The translations under genes and the position numbers were made by a program. Shown here in pieces: positions 1-10,800 of a stretch of 43,210 nt of DNA (the stretch's first letter is position 1; each line of letters starts with the position of its first letter). Source of the DNA: an archaeon (GTDB taxonomy: Archaea; EX4484-52; B79-G9); contig JBDRKP010000014.1 of the NCBI GenBank assembly GCA_043813875.1, forward strand, positions 1 to 43,210. The letters are read 5' to 3'. Below the pieces are notes generated by a model. That model saw only the letters and a list, made by a program, of their open reading frames with translations, ran no database searches and was not told the origin of the DNA.

Positions 1-1083
1 GGCGCAACAAAAGTCTACGTCGTCGACCTGAAACAAGAATTCGTCACAGGCTTCATATATCCCGCTCTTCAGGGCAACGCGCTCTACGAGGGCAGGTACC
101 TTCTTGGCACATCGCTTGCAAGACCGCTCCTCGGCAAAGCCCAGCTACAGATAGCAGAAAAAGAGAACGCAGGATACGTTGCCCACGGGGCAACCGGCAA
201 AGGCAACGACCAGGTAAGATTCGAGCTCACATACTACTCCCTCAATCCAAAGATAAAAGTCATCTCGCCGTGGAAAGACAGAGAATTCCTAAAAGAATTC
301 AAAGGCCGCAACGACATGCTCGACTACGCCGAGAAATACGGCATCCCCGTCACCGCATCAAAGAAAAAGCCATACAGCGAAGACGAGAACCTCATGCACA
401 TAAGCCACGAGGCCGGCATCCTTGAGGACCCTAATCACGCCCCAACTGAAGACGTATTCTCAAGGACAAGATCACCGAAATCAGCACCCGACAAGGAGAC
501 GTCAATAGAGATCCACTTCAAAGACGGCATCCCGAAAAAAGTCATAAACCTGGACGACGGCACGACAAAAACAAACCCACTCGAACTGTTCATGTACCTG
601 AACGCTCTTGGCAGCGAGAACGCCATAGGCAGGGTCGACATGGTCGAGAACCGCTTCGTCGGCATAAAATCACGCGGCATCTACGAAACCCCTGGCGCCA
701 CAATCCTCTGGAAAGCCAAGCAAGACCTTGAAGGCATCGCCATGGACCGCGAAGTCATGCGCCTAAGAGACATGCTCTCCCCGAAATTCTCAGAAATAAT
801 CTACAACGGCTTCTGGTACTCCCCGGAGATGGACTTCATCATGAACGCCATCAGGAAAAGCCAGGAATACATCGACGGGATAGTCACATTATCCTTATAC
901 AAGGGAAACGTCATAATAAAAGGCCGCTCATCCCCGACATCCCTCTACAACCAGGACATCTCAAGCATGGACATGGCAGGCGGATTTGACCAGACCGATT
1001 CGCTTGGCTTCATAAAGATAAACGCCACAAGGCTCATAGCCCACAGGAATATTATCGACAAGATAAAGAAAAACAAAAGATAA
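1..1083 (+). CDS. argG: Argininosuccinate synthase (5'-truncated by the window edge)
   Basis: Frame is open from base 1 ([14 protein letters not shown]...[14 protein letters not shown]...[14 protein letters not shown]) and continues into the 316 ORF with [12 protein letters not shown] and [17 protein letters not shown], all ArgG signatures. Confidence 0.97.
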   Translation, partial: GATKVYVVDLKQEFVTGFIYPALQGNALYEGRYLLGTSLARPLLGKAQLQIAEKENAGYVAHGATGKGNDQVRFELTYYSLNPKIKVISPWKDREFLKEFKGRNDMLDYAEKYGIPVTASKKKPYSEDENLMHISHEAGILEDPNHAPTEDVFSRTRSPKSAPDKETSIEIHFKDGIPKKVINLDDGTTKTNPLELFMYLNALGSENAIGRVDMVENRFVGIKSRGIYETPGATILWKAKQDLEGIAMDREVMRLRDMLSPKFSEIIYNGFWYSPEMDFIMNAIRKSQEYIDGIVTLSLYKGNVIIKGRSSPTSLYNQDISSMDMAGGFDQTDSLGFIKINATRLIAHRNIIDKIKKNKR

Positions 1084-1093
1084 AGTGTCATTT

Positions 1094-2266
1094 ATGAAAC
1101 TCTGGGAAAAAGAATACAAGCCGGACAAAGAGGTAGAAGACTTTACAGTAGGTACAGACTACATCCTTGACCAAAGATTAATAAAATACGACTGCATCGC
1201 CTCAATTGCCCACGCGAAGATGCTCGCAAAAATAGGCATCCTGACAGAAGACGAATCAAAAGCTCTGGAAAAAGAGCTCAAAAACATAATCGAACTTGAA
1301 AAAAAAGGCAGATTCACGATAAAAAAAGAAGAGGAAGACTGCCACACAGCAATTGAAGCCCGCCTGACAAAGACCCTGGGCGACCTTGGAAAAAAGATAC
1401 ACACAGCAAGATCAAGAAACGATCAGGTCCTCACAGCGCTGAGACTCTACTACAAAGACGAACTGAAGAATTGCACAAATCAGGTCAACACTCTCATCAA
1501 ATCCCAAACATCATTCAAAAAAAAATACAGCCAAATAAACCTCCCCGGCTACACCCACACAAGAAAAGCCATGCCCTCATCAATCAACCTGTGGGCTGAT
1601 TCTTTCATCGAATCCATGCAGGACAACCTGAAGCTTCTCGACCTCTCATTGGACATCATAGACCAGTCGCCTCTGGGCGCAGCAGCCGGCTACGGCGTAC
1701 CGCTAGATATCGACCGTGAATACACACGAAAGCTCCTCGGCTTCAAAAAGATCCAGAATACCATCTACACCCAGACAAGCCGCGGCAAATTCGAATCAAC
1801 CATCCTTCACGCACTCACCCAGATCATGTTCGACCTCAACCGCATCTCATCAGACATCATCTTATTCAGCATGCCCAAGCACGCCTATTTCATCATCCCC
1901 GTCGAAATGACAACCGGCAGCTCCATAATGCCCCAGAAAAAGAACCCCGACGTCTTGGAATTAGTAAGAGCAAAATACCACATAGTCCTCTCATGCGAAT
2001 TCCAGCTGAAAACAATGACCTCAAACCTGATCACCGGCTACCACCGCGACCTCCAGCTCACAAAAGAGCCCGTCATGAACAGCTTCGACATCACAAAAAA
2101 ATGCCTGAAAATCATGGCCAAGGTATTCGAAAACCTTAAAGTCGACAAAGAAAACTGCAAGCGCGCTCTCACCGCCGAACTCTACGCGACAGAAAAAGCA
2201 TACGGATTAGTAAAAAAAGGCATCCCGTTCAGAGACGCCTACAGGACCGTCTCCAAAGATTACTGA
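1094..2266 (+). CDS. argH: Argininosuccinate lyase (short, ~390 aa form)
   Basis: MKLW start, IHTARSRNDQV, LPGYTH, fumarase-superfamily signature TGSSIMPQKKNPDVLEL, GIPFRDAY; directly follows argG. ATG 1094 preferred over GTG 1085. Confidence 0.95.
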   Translation: MKLWEKEYKPDKEVEDFTVGTDYILDQRLIKYDCIASIAHAKMLAKIGILTEDESKALEKELKNIIELEKKGRFTIKKEEEDCHTAIEARLTKTLGDLGKKIHTARSRNDQVLTALRLYYKDELKNCTNQVNTLIKSQTSFKKKYSQINLPGYTHTRKAMPSSINLWADSFIESMQDNLKLLDLSLDIIDQSPLGAAAGYGVPLDIDREYTRKLLGFKKIQNTIYTQTSRGKFESTILHALTQIMFDLNRISSDIILFSMPKHAYFIIPVEMTTGSSIMPQKKNPDVLELVRAKYHIVLSCEFQLKTMTSNLITGYHRDLQLTKEPVMNSFDITKKCLKIMAKVFENLKVDKENCKRALTAELYATEKAYGLVKKGIPFRDAYRTVSKDY

Positions 2267-2345
2267 CTGCTTTCATACATTATGCAGGTCAAAGATATGC
2301 GATATATAAAAAGATTTATAATATTCTTGTTCCTAAGTAGTAATT

Positions 2346-2726
2346 ATGACTTTGAGTACAGAAAATACCGGATACCTCAAGTGGATTTCTGAAGGTGAAA
2401 TGTATCCTTCATTTATTAAAGGTGCAATAGAGAGACTTACAGATCCAGACTATCCGTCATACACATTAGGCAACTTAAGAGGAAGCTTAGAGTCAGGTAT
2501 AGAAAAAAAGATCAGCCAATACAAACGATGGATACATGAAGGCGATGCAAATAAAGACCTCATATTAGGGCGATTATCAGAGCATAATCGGATCTTAGAC
2601 GAGTTAAGATCAGGACAAAAAACAACCATATACTGTGTTGATATTCCTGAAGGCTATAGCATCCCAAAAATAACAGAAATGCCCGTTGGCTCTCAGATGG
2701 CTCATTTAGAACAATCATCTGAATAA
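2346..2726 (+). CDS. Hypothetical protein (126 aa, AT-rich)
   Basis: ATG-initiated ORF filling the gap, TATA-like TTTATAAT about 30 nt upstream; no recognised motif. Confidence 0.65.
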   Translation: MTLSTENTGYLKWISEGEMYPSFIKGAIERLTDPDYPSYTLGNLRGSLESGIEKKISQYKRWIHEGDANKDLILGRLSEHNRILDELRSGQKTTIYCVDIPEGYSIPKITEMPVGSQMAHLEQSSE

Positions 2727-2860
2727 GTCATAATTTTTATAGATTCAGTTCCGGCTAATTCTTCATCTGCACTATCTAGGCCCAAAAAAGCAATTCAATG
2801 CTATATTCAATCACAAAAGGCATAGAAACGTATTTAAACTTCTCTAACGACTATTAAGTT

Positions 2861-3640
2861 ATGAATCTATTTGATATACCGGAATTATCAGACAAAAAAG
2901 TAGTACAAAGATACGATAACGATAGCGTATGGATATGCTCCTCCCCAGCCGATGAAAAATATGTGATACGAGTGGCAGATTGTGAGTTATCTAAAAAGAT
3001 TAGCAATTTAGGAAAAATGGGTTTGCCAGTTGAAAAGACTGTAGACATATTAAGATATGGTGACGATTCTTGTATTCTGGTTACAGAATTTGTTCCAGGT
3101 AAAAATTATACGCAAATAATCACGGAAATTTTAAATGGAATACCTAAAGATATTAATAAAATTGAAGAATTAGGCGAAACCTATAGCAAATATTACGAAA
3201 AAGGATTTATTCTGGAAGGCGCAACTCTATCTAACTTTAGATACGGGGATATCGGTCCAATAAGAGTTGGCATAAAAAAAATAACCGAATATCCTTCTGC
3301 ATGGGACAACAGTGACAAAAAGTTCATCGAGGCATGTTTCAATGATATTGTCGAAGGATTCCTGGAACCTCTGGGCAGGTTAAGAGCTATAAAAAAAGGC
3401 TCCAGACTGGATATGTCAAGCAAGACCATCCGCGTCTTGTCTGGACCAGAATTAGAAATCGCTATAAAGAAGAGCGATGCATCGTCATCCGTTCAAGACA
3501 GAAATCAATCTCGGGTTGAAAAATATGCCGAAGATATTCTGGAAAGCTTCATTCAGGGCTATAAGCTCGCCGAATCCGCTCCGGAAGAGACTATAGAAAA
3601 AATGATCCGAGAAGAATGGAAACGCATAACGTCCTTATAG
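2861..3640 (+). CDS. Protein kinase-like fold protein (Kdo/APH/Bud32-like), probably a pseudokinase
   Basis: GLPVEKTV...ILVTEFVPG...LGETYSKYYEKGFILEGATLSNF parallels 'GIPVP...LVMEYIPG...IAKLHSNDIIHGDLTTSNF' of Bud32-type kinases, but HGD and DFG are absent. Confidence 0.55.
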   Translation: MNLFDIPELSDKKVVQRYDNDSVWICSSPADEKYVIRVADCELSKKISNLGKMGLPVEKTVDILRYGDDSCILVTEFVPGKNYTQIITEILNGIPKDINKIEELGETYSKYYEKGFILEGATLSNFRYGDIGPIRVGIKKITEYPSAWDNSDKKFIEACFNDIVEGFLEPLGRLRAIKKGSRLDMSSKTIRVLSGPELEIAIKKSDASSSVQDRNQSRVEKYAEDILESFIQGYKLAESAPEETIEKMIREEWKRITSL

Positions 3641-3730
3641 GCTGAAGCATCCGATGACCCCTCAGTTCGCTCTTTCATTGCACACAATCTCATTCTATAC
3701 CTATAAAAACCTGCATCACCAACATAAATC

Positions 3731-6205
3731 ATGCCCAAAAGTGAAAAATACGACCTTATGCTCATTGACGCAGACTACACAGTCATCGACAACAACCCGA
3801 TAGTCCGCCTCTACGGCCGCACAAAAGATGGAAAATCAATCGTCATCTTCGACAACACCTTCGAACCCTACTTATACGTCCAGCCAAAAAAAGACATAGA
3901 GTCCCTCAAAAAAAAGATAGGCTCCCTCTCATTCAACGACAACAGCGAAACGATATCAGTAAAAAAAGTAGAAGAGATAGAGATGACACTAGGGATCACA
4001 AAAACAAAGCTCATCAAAGTCTACTGCAACCTCCCCGGTCACGTCCCGAAAATAAAGGACGCGATAAAAGACTGGCCCGAGACCGAAAACAAATACGAGT
4101 TCGACATCCTCTTCTTCAGAAGATACCTCATGGACAGGAAACTATTGCCAATGACCTTCATAACAGTCACAGGAGTAGAATTAAAAGACCGCATGAAAGA
4201 CACAGTAGAATCCGACATCAAACTGCTCGCATCATCAATAAGAGAATCAAAACCCTCTGTATACACTCCAAAAATCCTCGCATTCGACCTCGAGACCGTC
4301 CCGGAAGGCATCGCCCAGAAAATAATACTCGCAAGTATCTACACAACAGCCGGATACAAAAAAGTCCTTGGCTACGTAAAAAACACATACCCTGACTACC
4401 TCCACCTGATAGACGAAAAAGATATCATCGAAGAACTCATCCGCATAACAAAAAAAGAAGACCCCGACTTCCTCGTGACCTACAACGGCGACGCCTTCGA
4501 CATGCCGGTCCTTCGCGACCGTTCGAAAAAATACAAGGCCCAGCTCATCTTCGGCCGCGACAAGAAAGAAGTCATCTTCCAGACAAGAGGCCGCTCAACC
4601 CCTGCAGTCGTGCGCGGCCGCGTCCACATAGACCTCTTCCAGTTCATCTCCGTCATCATGAGAGCCACCATAAAATCCGAAGTCCTCACCCTCGATGCAG
4701 TATCAAAGGAACTCCTCGGCGAAAGCAAGATCGGCATGACCTGGGAAGAGATGCTGGACAACTGGAACCACAAAAAGAACCTCGACAGGTTCGCAGAATA
4801 CTGCCTGAAGGACTCCCTCCTCGCCTACAAGCTTGCAGGACTCATACTCCCGAACATCTTCGCCTTATCAAGACTCACCGGCCAGGTCCCAAACGACGTC
4901 TGCCGCATGACCTACGGCCAGCTGGTCGAATCATACGCGATGAGAAGAGCAGCCGGGATGAACATAATCGTCCCAAACCGCCCCACAAGAGAGACGATAG
5001 ACGAGCGCCGCGAACAAGACGCCTTCATCGGTGCATTCGTCGTCGAGCCGAAACCCGGCCTCCACGAAAACATAGCCGTCTTCGACTTCCGCTCCCTATA
5101 CCCCTCCATCATCGTCTCCCACAACATAGACCCTTCGACACTCAACTGCGGCTGCTGCAAAGACACTCAAAAAAACCGCGTCCCAGACACGAACTATTAC
5201 TTCTGCACAAAGAATCACGGCTTCATCCCGACAGTCCTAAACGACCTCGTCGACGAGCGCATCCGCATCAAGAACCTGATGAAAGAAACAAAAAAAGGCA
5301 CGCCCGACTACGTCGACCTATACGCCCAGCAATACGCCCTAAAAACAGTCTCAAACGCATTTTACGGCTACCTCGGCTTCGCAGGATCCCGCTGGTACCG
5401 TCGCGAATGCGGCGAATCAGTCACAGGATTCGGCAGACACTACATCCACGAAGTTATCGACACCGCAAAAACATACGGCTTCGACATAGTCTACGGCGAC
5501 ACAGACAGCGTCTTTTTGAAACTGGCAGATCAGAAACAGGACCTATCTGCAGTAGCAAAGAAATTCCTAAAAGACGTTAACAGCAAGCTTCCCGGCATCA
5601 TGGAACTCGAATTCGAAGGCACCTTCGTACGCGGCATATTCGTCAAAAAAAAGGTCGGAATCGGCGGCGCAAAAAAAAGATACGCTCTCATAGACAAAGA
5701 TGGCAACCTCACCATCCGCGGCTTCGAAAAAGTCCGCCGTGACTGGTCAAGACTGGCAAAAGACACCCAGGAAACAGTCCTAAGGATGGTCCTAAGCGAC
5801 AAGGTAGACGAGGCAGTAGCATACGTAAAAGATGTAATCGTCCGTCTGAAGACCGGAAAAGTCCCTCTTGACGAACTTGGCATATACACCTCAGTAAAAA
5901 GAGAACTAAAAAATTATGACCAGATCGGTCCCCACGTCGCAGCATCAAGAAAAGCAGAAACACGAGGCATAAAGATCCTGCCCGGCCAGACCATCCAGTA
6001 CGTCATAACAAACGGAAGCGGTAGCATCTCAGACAAAGCCGAGTTGATCCAGTTCGCAAAAGACTACGACAAAGACTACTACATAAAAAAACAGATACTT
6101 CCTGCAGCCATGCGCGCCCTGTCAGTATTCAACATAACCGAAGACGAGCTCATGGGAAACGGCAAGCAGACAGGTCTTGCACGATTCGCAGCAAAAAAAA
6201 GATGA
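3731..6205 (+). CDS. polB: Family B DNA polymerase (archaeal PolB3 type), intein-free
   Basis: Exo motifs AFDLET, YNGDAFD, YCLKDS; polymerase motifs DFRSLYPSII, KTVSNAFYGY, YGDTDS; KKRYA and RGFEKVRRDW. Confidence 0.98.
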   Translation: MPKSEKYDLMLIDADYTVIDNNPIVRLYGRTKDGKSIVIFDNTFEPYLYVQPKKDIESLKKKIGSLSFNDNSETISVKKVEEIEMTLGITKTKLIKVYCNLPGHVPKIKDAIKDWPETENKYEFDILFFRRYLMDRKLLPMTFITVTGVELKDRMKDTVESDIKLLASSIRESKPSVYTPKILAFDLETVPEGIAQKIILASIYTTAGYKKVLGYVKNTYPDYLHLIDEKDIIEELIRITKKEDPDFLVTYNGDAFDMPVLRDRSKKYKAQLIFGRDKKEVIFQTRGRSTPAVVRGRVHIDLFQFISVIMRATIKSEVLTLDAVSKELLGESKIGMTWEEMLDNWNHKKNLDRFAEYCLKDSLLAYKLAGLILPNIFALSRLTGQVPNDVCRMTYGQLVESYAMRRAAGMNIIVPNRPTRETIDERREQDAFIGAFVVEPKPGLHENIAVFDFRSLYPSIIVSHNIDPSTLNCGCCKDTQKNRVPDTNYYFCTKNHGFIPTVLNDLVDERIRIKNLMKETKKGTPDYVDLYAQQYALKTVSNAFYGYLGFAGSRWYRRECGESVTGFGRHYIHEVIDTAKTYGFDIVYGDTDSVFLKLADQKQDLSAVAKKFLKDVNSKLPGIMELEFEGTFVRGIFVKKKVGIGGAKKRYALIDKDGNLTIRGFEKVRRDWSRLAKDTQETVLRMVLSDKVDEAVAYVKDVIVRLKTGKVPLDELGIYTSVKRELKNYDQIGPHVAASRKAETRGIKILPGQTIQYVITNGSGSISDKAELIQFAKDYDKDYYIKKQILPAAMRALSVFNITEDELMGNGKQTGLARFAAKKR

Positions 6206-6258
6206 ACTTATAATCAAATTATATAAATTATATATATACCTTTTACTATAAAATATTC

Positions 6259-7896
6259 ATGTTATTTTTAAGGCAAAAACATCTCTATGTATCATTTTTT
6301 TTGGTCATGCTCCTATTTTTTGCTCCGTCTTATGCAACTGAAACAAGCGACTTATTTTATTCCGGTGATGTTAGCTATGACCTCAAAGACACATATAACG
6401 CCGGCGACTCGATCCAGACAGATATCACTGCAAGCAACATGGAAGAATTCCCGATTACAGGTGCTTATCTCGTGATTGAGATACTGGAAGGATGCATGGA
6501 CCCCGTATATCCGTCCCAGGATTCAGACTGCGACAACATCTTCTTCGAAAAGGTTATGCCGGGCATAAATCTTGATCCGCTCTCACAGGTATCGGTACCT
6601 TTTTCTTACATCCTCCCGTCCGATCTGAAAACCGGCACCTACCGCATGGACGTCTATTTGAGGACTCAGAAGACGCCAATCGTTGGCATGGCGCATATTT
6701 TTCTTCCATCAAGATATAAATCATTCGCAGTTAAAGGCACAGGCGTCGAACCATCACTAAAGATACAAAGAACAACAACAAAGATACTGGGCGCCACAGG
6801 CCCTGTCGGTCCGCCGGCACTTCCAGGCTCATTAGTCGAAGGGACAGTCTATATAAAGAACATCAAAGCCGTAGAAGAGGACGGCCTTTCTTTATTGGTG
6901 GCCATCTGCTCTTGGGACGACACCGGTTGTGAAAATAAATATGTATGGCAAAATACATACCCGTTTTCAATAGGTCCCACTGAAACCAAAGGGATTGGCA
7001 TATCCTTTGATGCTCCCGAAAAACCAGATGCCTATGCCATCCGTCTTGAACTGAAAGACAAAAAACGAGACATAAGATCAATCTACAGAAGCAGATTAGT
7101 AGTTACAGGCACCAGCGCAAAAGTAAGGAAACTGTGGGTAGACAAAAGATATTACAATGCTGATGAAAAAGTTGAATTGAACACACTTATTTTCACCTCA
7201 CCCGACCATTACACGAATCCCGTCATGTATAAATCTAACTTGCTTGTCTCCGTAAAAGACTTGAATAGTGATAAGATTGTTTTCCATAATACCGAAGAGA
7301 TACCCGAACTTTCAGGCGATGTCCCTTCAGTATCCAAAAAATACAGCTTTGTCACAACAGATGTCCTTGAAAGATTTGAAATATGCGCTCAGGTAAATTC
7401 AAAAGACAACGAAATTTACGACAAGTATTGTTATGAGATAGACTCATCAAAATTCTCATCAGAATCACGCAAATACAGCTTGAACGAAAAGATATTCGAC
7501 AGGGAAACAATGGAATTCAGCGCAGACTTATGTGTGAGCGACGATAACGACCGGCCTGTATCATCAAATGCCGGCATAAGCATCACCGACCTAAAAAATC
7601 GTGTATCAGTTATGAGAGAAAACATCAAGATCGATTCCTGTCATCCAGTCAGATTCACCTACAAGCCGGACGTATCATACCGGATGCTCATAAACGATGA
7701 AGATCTAAAAAAGCAGTACCGATTTGAGTTCCAGTACACAGAACCCTCAGTTAAACCAGGCGACTCAGATAAGAATGAGACGGCAATTGATGATGAGATG
7801 AAAAAAGATCAAGACGGCGATTTCATAATTGTTGGTATTCTTGTGATAGTTGCAGTCATCTTAACTTATCTTTACATTAAGACAAGAAAACATTGA
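6259..7896 (+). CDS. Membrane-anchored surface protein, probable Ig-like beta-sandwich domains
   Basis: N-terminal signal peptide (FFLVMLLFFAPSYA), beta-rich body, C-terminal TM helix with basic tail (FIIVGILVIVAVILTYLYIKTRKH). Confidence 0.8.
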   Translation: MLFLRQKHLYVSFFLVMLLFFAPSYATETSDLFYSGDVSYDLKDTYNAGDSIQTDITASNMEEFPITGAYLVIEILEGCMDPVYPSQDSDCDNIFFEKVMPGINLDPLSQVSVPFSYILPSDLKTGTYRMDVYLRTQKTPIVGMAHIFLPSRYKSFAVKGTGVEPSLKIQRTTTKILGATGPVGPPALPGSLVEGTVYIKNIKAVEEDGLSLLVAICSWDDTGCENKYVWQNTYPFSIGPTETKGIGISFDAPEKPDAYAIRLELKDKKRDIRSIYRSRLVVTGTSAKVRKLWVDKRYYNADEKVELNTLIFTSPDHYTNPVMYKSNLLVSVKDLNSDKIVFHNTEEIPELSGDVPSVSKKYSFVTTDVLERFEICAQVNSKDNEIYDKYCYEIDSSKFSSESRKYSLNEKIFDRETMEFSADLCVSDDNDRPVSSNAGISITDLKNRVSVMRENIKIDSCHPVRFTYKPDVSYRMLINDEDLKKQYRFEFQYTEPSVKPGDSDKNETAIDDEMKKDQDGDFIIVGILVIVAVILTYLYIKTRKH

Positions 7897-7897
7897 A

Positions 7898-10800
7898 GTG
7901 TTGATTATGTCAAAATCAAAATTAGTGCTTGGCTTTGCAGCAGTTTTGGTAATTCTATCTATGCCGTTGAGTTTAGGCTTGGAAACCCAGATAACCGGCA
8001 CAGGAAACAAGACATTCAATCTCGATATCTCATACAACATACAGGACAATGATATTTACGTCGAGAATACAACTCTTTCACAACCCGCAATCATTTTCAA
8101 TGGCAATCTCGAAGGCATAAATCCTCTTCTCCCGCCAAAGCTCTCGATATTCAGCTTTATTTCCGGAATCAACAACCTCAATTTCACAGAATCAGTCAAC
8201 TATTTCGAATTGAACATAACCTATGATATCAAGACAGGTTATTCCTGCTCCCTTGACACAGAATGTGATTCCAGTTCATGCAATATCGACTTTACAGGGC
8301 CAGTTGATAAATATTGTGCACAAAATTCAGGTAGCTGTGTCCATAAGGTTGTTTCTTTACCAGTAACCCAATATAATGACGGCGACACATTCAGCAGTTA
8401 TAAATGCAGCGCAGGCACATGGAAAGTGGCTGACGGGTATACCTGTACCTTGGACGCTGACTGTGATTCAGGCAATTGTAAAGATGACCACACAGGCGGT
8501 TTAAAATACTGTGCACAGGACGCCACCAGATGCGTTCACAAGGTCGTTTCACTGCCGGCGAACCAGTACGCCGACGGCGGCACAGATGCAGGCTACAAAT
8601 GCTCCTCCGGCACTTGGAAGACAAACGACGGCTATGCCTGCACTGTTGGTGCAGACTGCTATTCCGCCTATTGCAGAAATGACTCCCTGAACATATTGGA
8701 TCGATTCTGCGCAGCAAGTTCCACAAACTGTGTGCGCAACACCGCAGGTATTCCGGTGACCCAATTTCTTGACGGCATTTCTGATGGCGCAGGCAACAGA
8801 TGCGACAATGGAATCTGGAAGAAAGATGACGGATACGTCTGTAATCAGGATTCAGAATGTGATTCCGGTTATTGCCGTGACGACCATACTGGCGGCGTCA
8901 GGTACTGCGCCCAGGATATCTCGGCATGTGTTCACTATAAGTTTGGTCCCCCGGCGACCCAGTATACTGACGGCCAGAACGACGGAGTATATGTCTGTTC
9001 TTCAGGAATATGGAAGATCAGGAACGGCTATGCATGCCTTGTTGACTCAAATTGTACTTCTGGCGATTGCCACACAGACTTCACCGCGCCGACAGATCTG
9101 TATTGCGCCCAAAGCAGTTCAAGCTGCGTCCACAAGGTTGCTGCTCTGCCGGCGAACCAATACGCCAATGGCGGCACATATTCCAGTTACAAATGCTCTT
9201 CAGGCACATGGAAAGTTGATGACGGTTACCCATGCGCCATAGGTGCTGATTGTAACTCTGGTTTTTGCAGGAGCGATTTTAATCCCGGTTGGTATTGTGC
9301 AGAAGACTCTTCACACTGCGTTCACCTGGTCATTAGTCTCCCTGCCAATCAATATAATTTTTGGACAAAGGTAGATGGCTACAGATGCAAGTTTGGCGGA
9401 TCCTGGGGTATTCAGGATGCGGACGATGACGGCGTACAAGACAGCACAGACAAATGCCCAAACACCCCTGCTGGATGCAGTGTAGGTCCTGCTGACGACG
9501 ATATAAATGCAGCCACCGGATGCCCGAACAAGCCCATAAATCCGTATGATATCAAAGACAATCCCGCAAGCATTTGTGTTGGCTCCTCTCTGCCCGTGGA
9601 TCCGGTAAAATCAGTTTGTCTCGAACAGAACATTGCAGACAATATCAACGTCAGTTTTTTCTTAAGGAACGCGACCGGCGATTATTCTGCAAACGATCCC
9701 GACGACTGTAGTCTGGAGGACGGAACATTTGGTTGGCACGATATTTTGGATGGCAGGTTCTATTGCGAGTTTAGAGTCGACGATAATTTAAAAGCAGACA
9801 CCTATGGTCTCGTCGCAAGATATGATATTCCTTCAGTTCCAACTTTTGAAGATGTGTTCAGACCCGGCTTTATAATTAGTACATTATGCTCCCTTAATAC
9901 GCCATGCAAGCATGGTGGGCACATCAAAGACCAGGTCGCATTAAGTGGCGGCACACTTAGCTTTGACAAGCCTTCCACTATAGAAGGAACGATATGCATC
10001 GCCTGCGTGGGCGCCACCGGCACTATAAGTAATGTGAATCAATACATCGCTCAATGTTCTGATGGTTCCAGTTCCAGTACAGTAAATCCTGGACTCCTTG
10101 TATGGGTCTACGACCCGTTAAACATGGGTAACTATCTCGGTTATTCAGATAACCGTTTTCAGGATGGCACCTTTAACATGACGCCCAAACCACGCAGAAA
10201 CGATGTCTTTGCCTCAACATCTGGGTATCGCTGGACAAGCAACCTTGGCTGGACTGGAGGCGCATCAACAAACAAAGTAAGCGACTTCCATACATTCAAC
10301 ACAAACGGTACCTATAGGGCATATCTTGATTACATAAACAATTTCTGCGACTCGCCAGACTACATCTGCCCGAACAACGGTATTTTGTGTAATGTTGGCA
10401 GTCTCATAACACAGGGTTTTGTCGGCCTGCAAAGTTACGACATCAAGATAATCGACCCTTCAGTCAACCTATCGGAAAATCCTGCCTCTGTGACATATTT
10501 CGCTGATCCCTCTGCAACAAGGGTCCATAGTTGGTCCATAAAAAATGATGGTATCGGTAAATTGAAAGTATCAAATATAGCAGTCACATGCCCTCCGGAA
10601 TTGAGTTGCTCCTCATCTCCTACATTTGACACGACACTTGACGAGGACGAAGAACTGATTATTGACACAGAATTTAACTTGCCTTGTGATTATTCGACAA
10701 ACACCTATCTTATCAACCTCACATTTGATGCCGCCGACGGCTATGATCTCGCATGCACTGCCCCCTCTGCACAGAAAGTCACGACCGAAATAATCATGGC

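Noticed and set aside
3731..6205. Intein in PolB
   Set aside because: Length (824 aa) and contiguous motifs leave no room for an insertion.
8231..9409. Repeats as a CRISPR array or DGR template/variable repeats
   Set aside because: They are diverged in-frame protein repeats; no identical short repeats with spacers, no adenine-specific mismatch pattern evident, and no cas or reverse transcriptase gene in the window.
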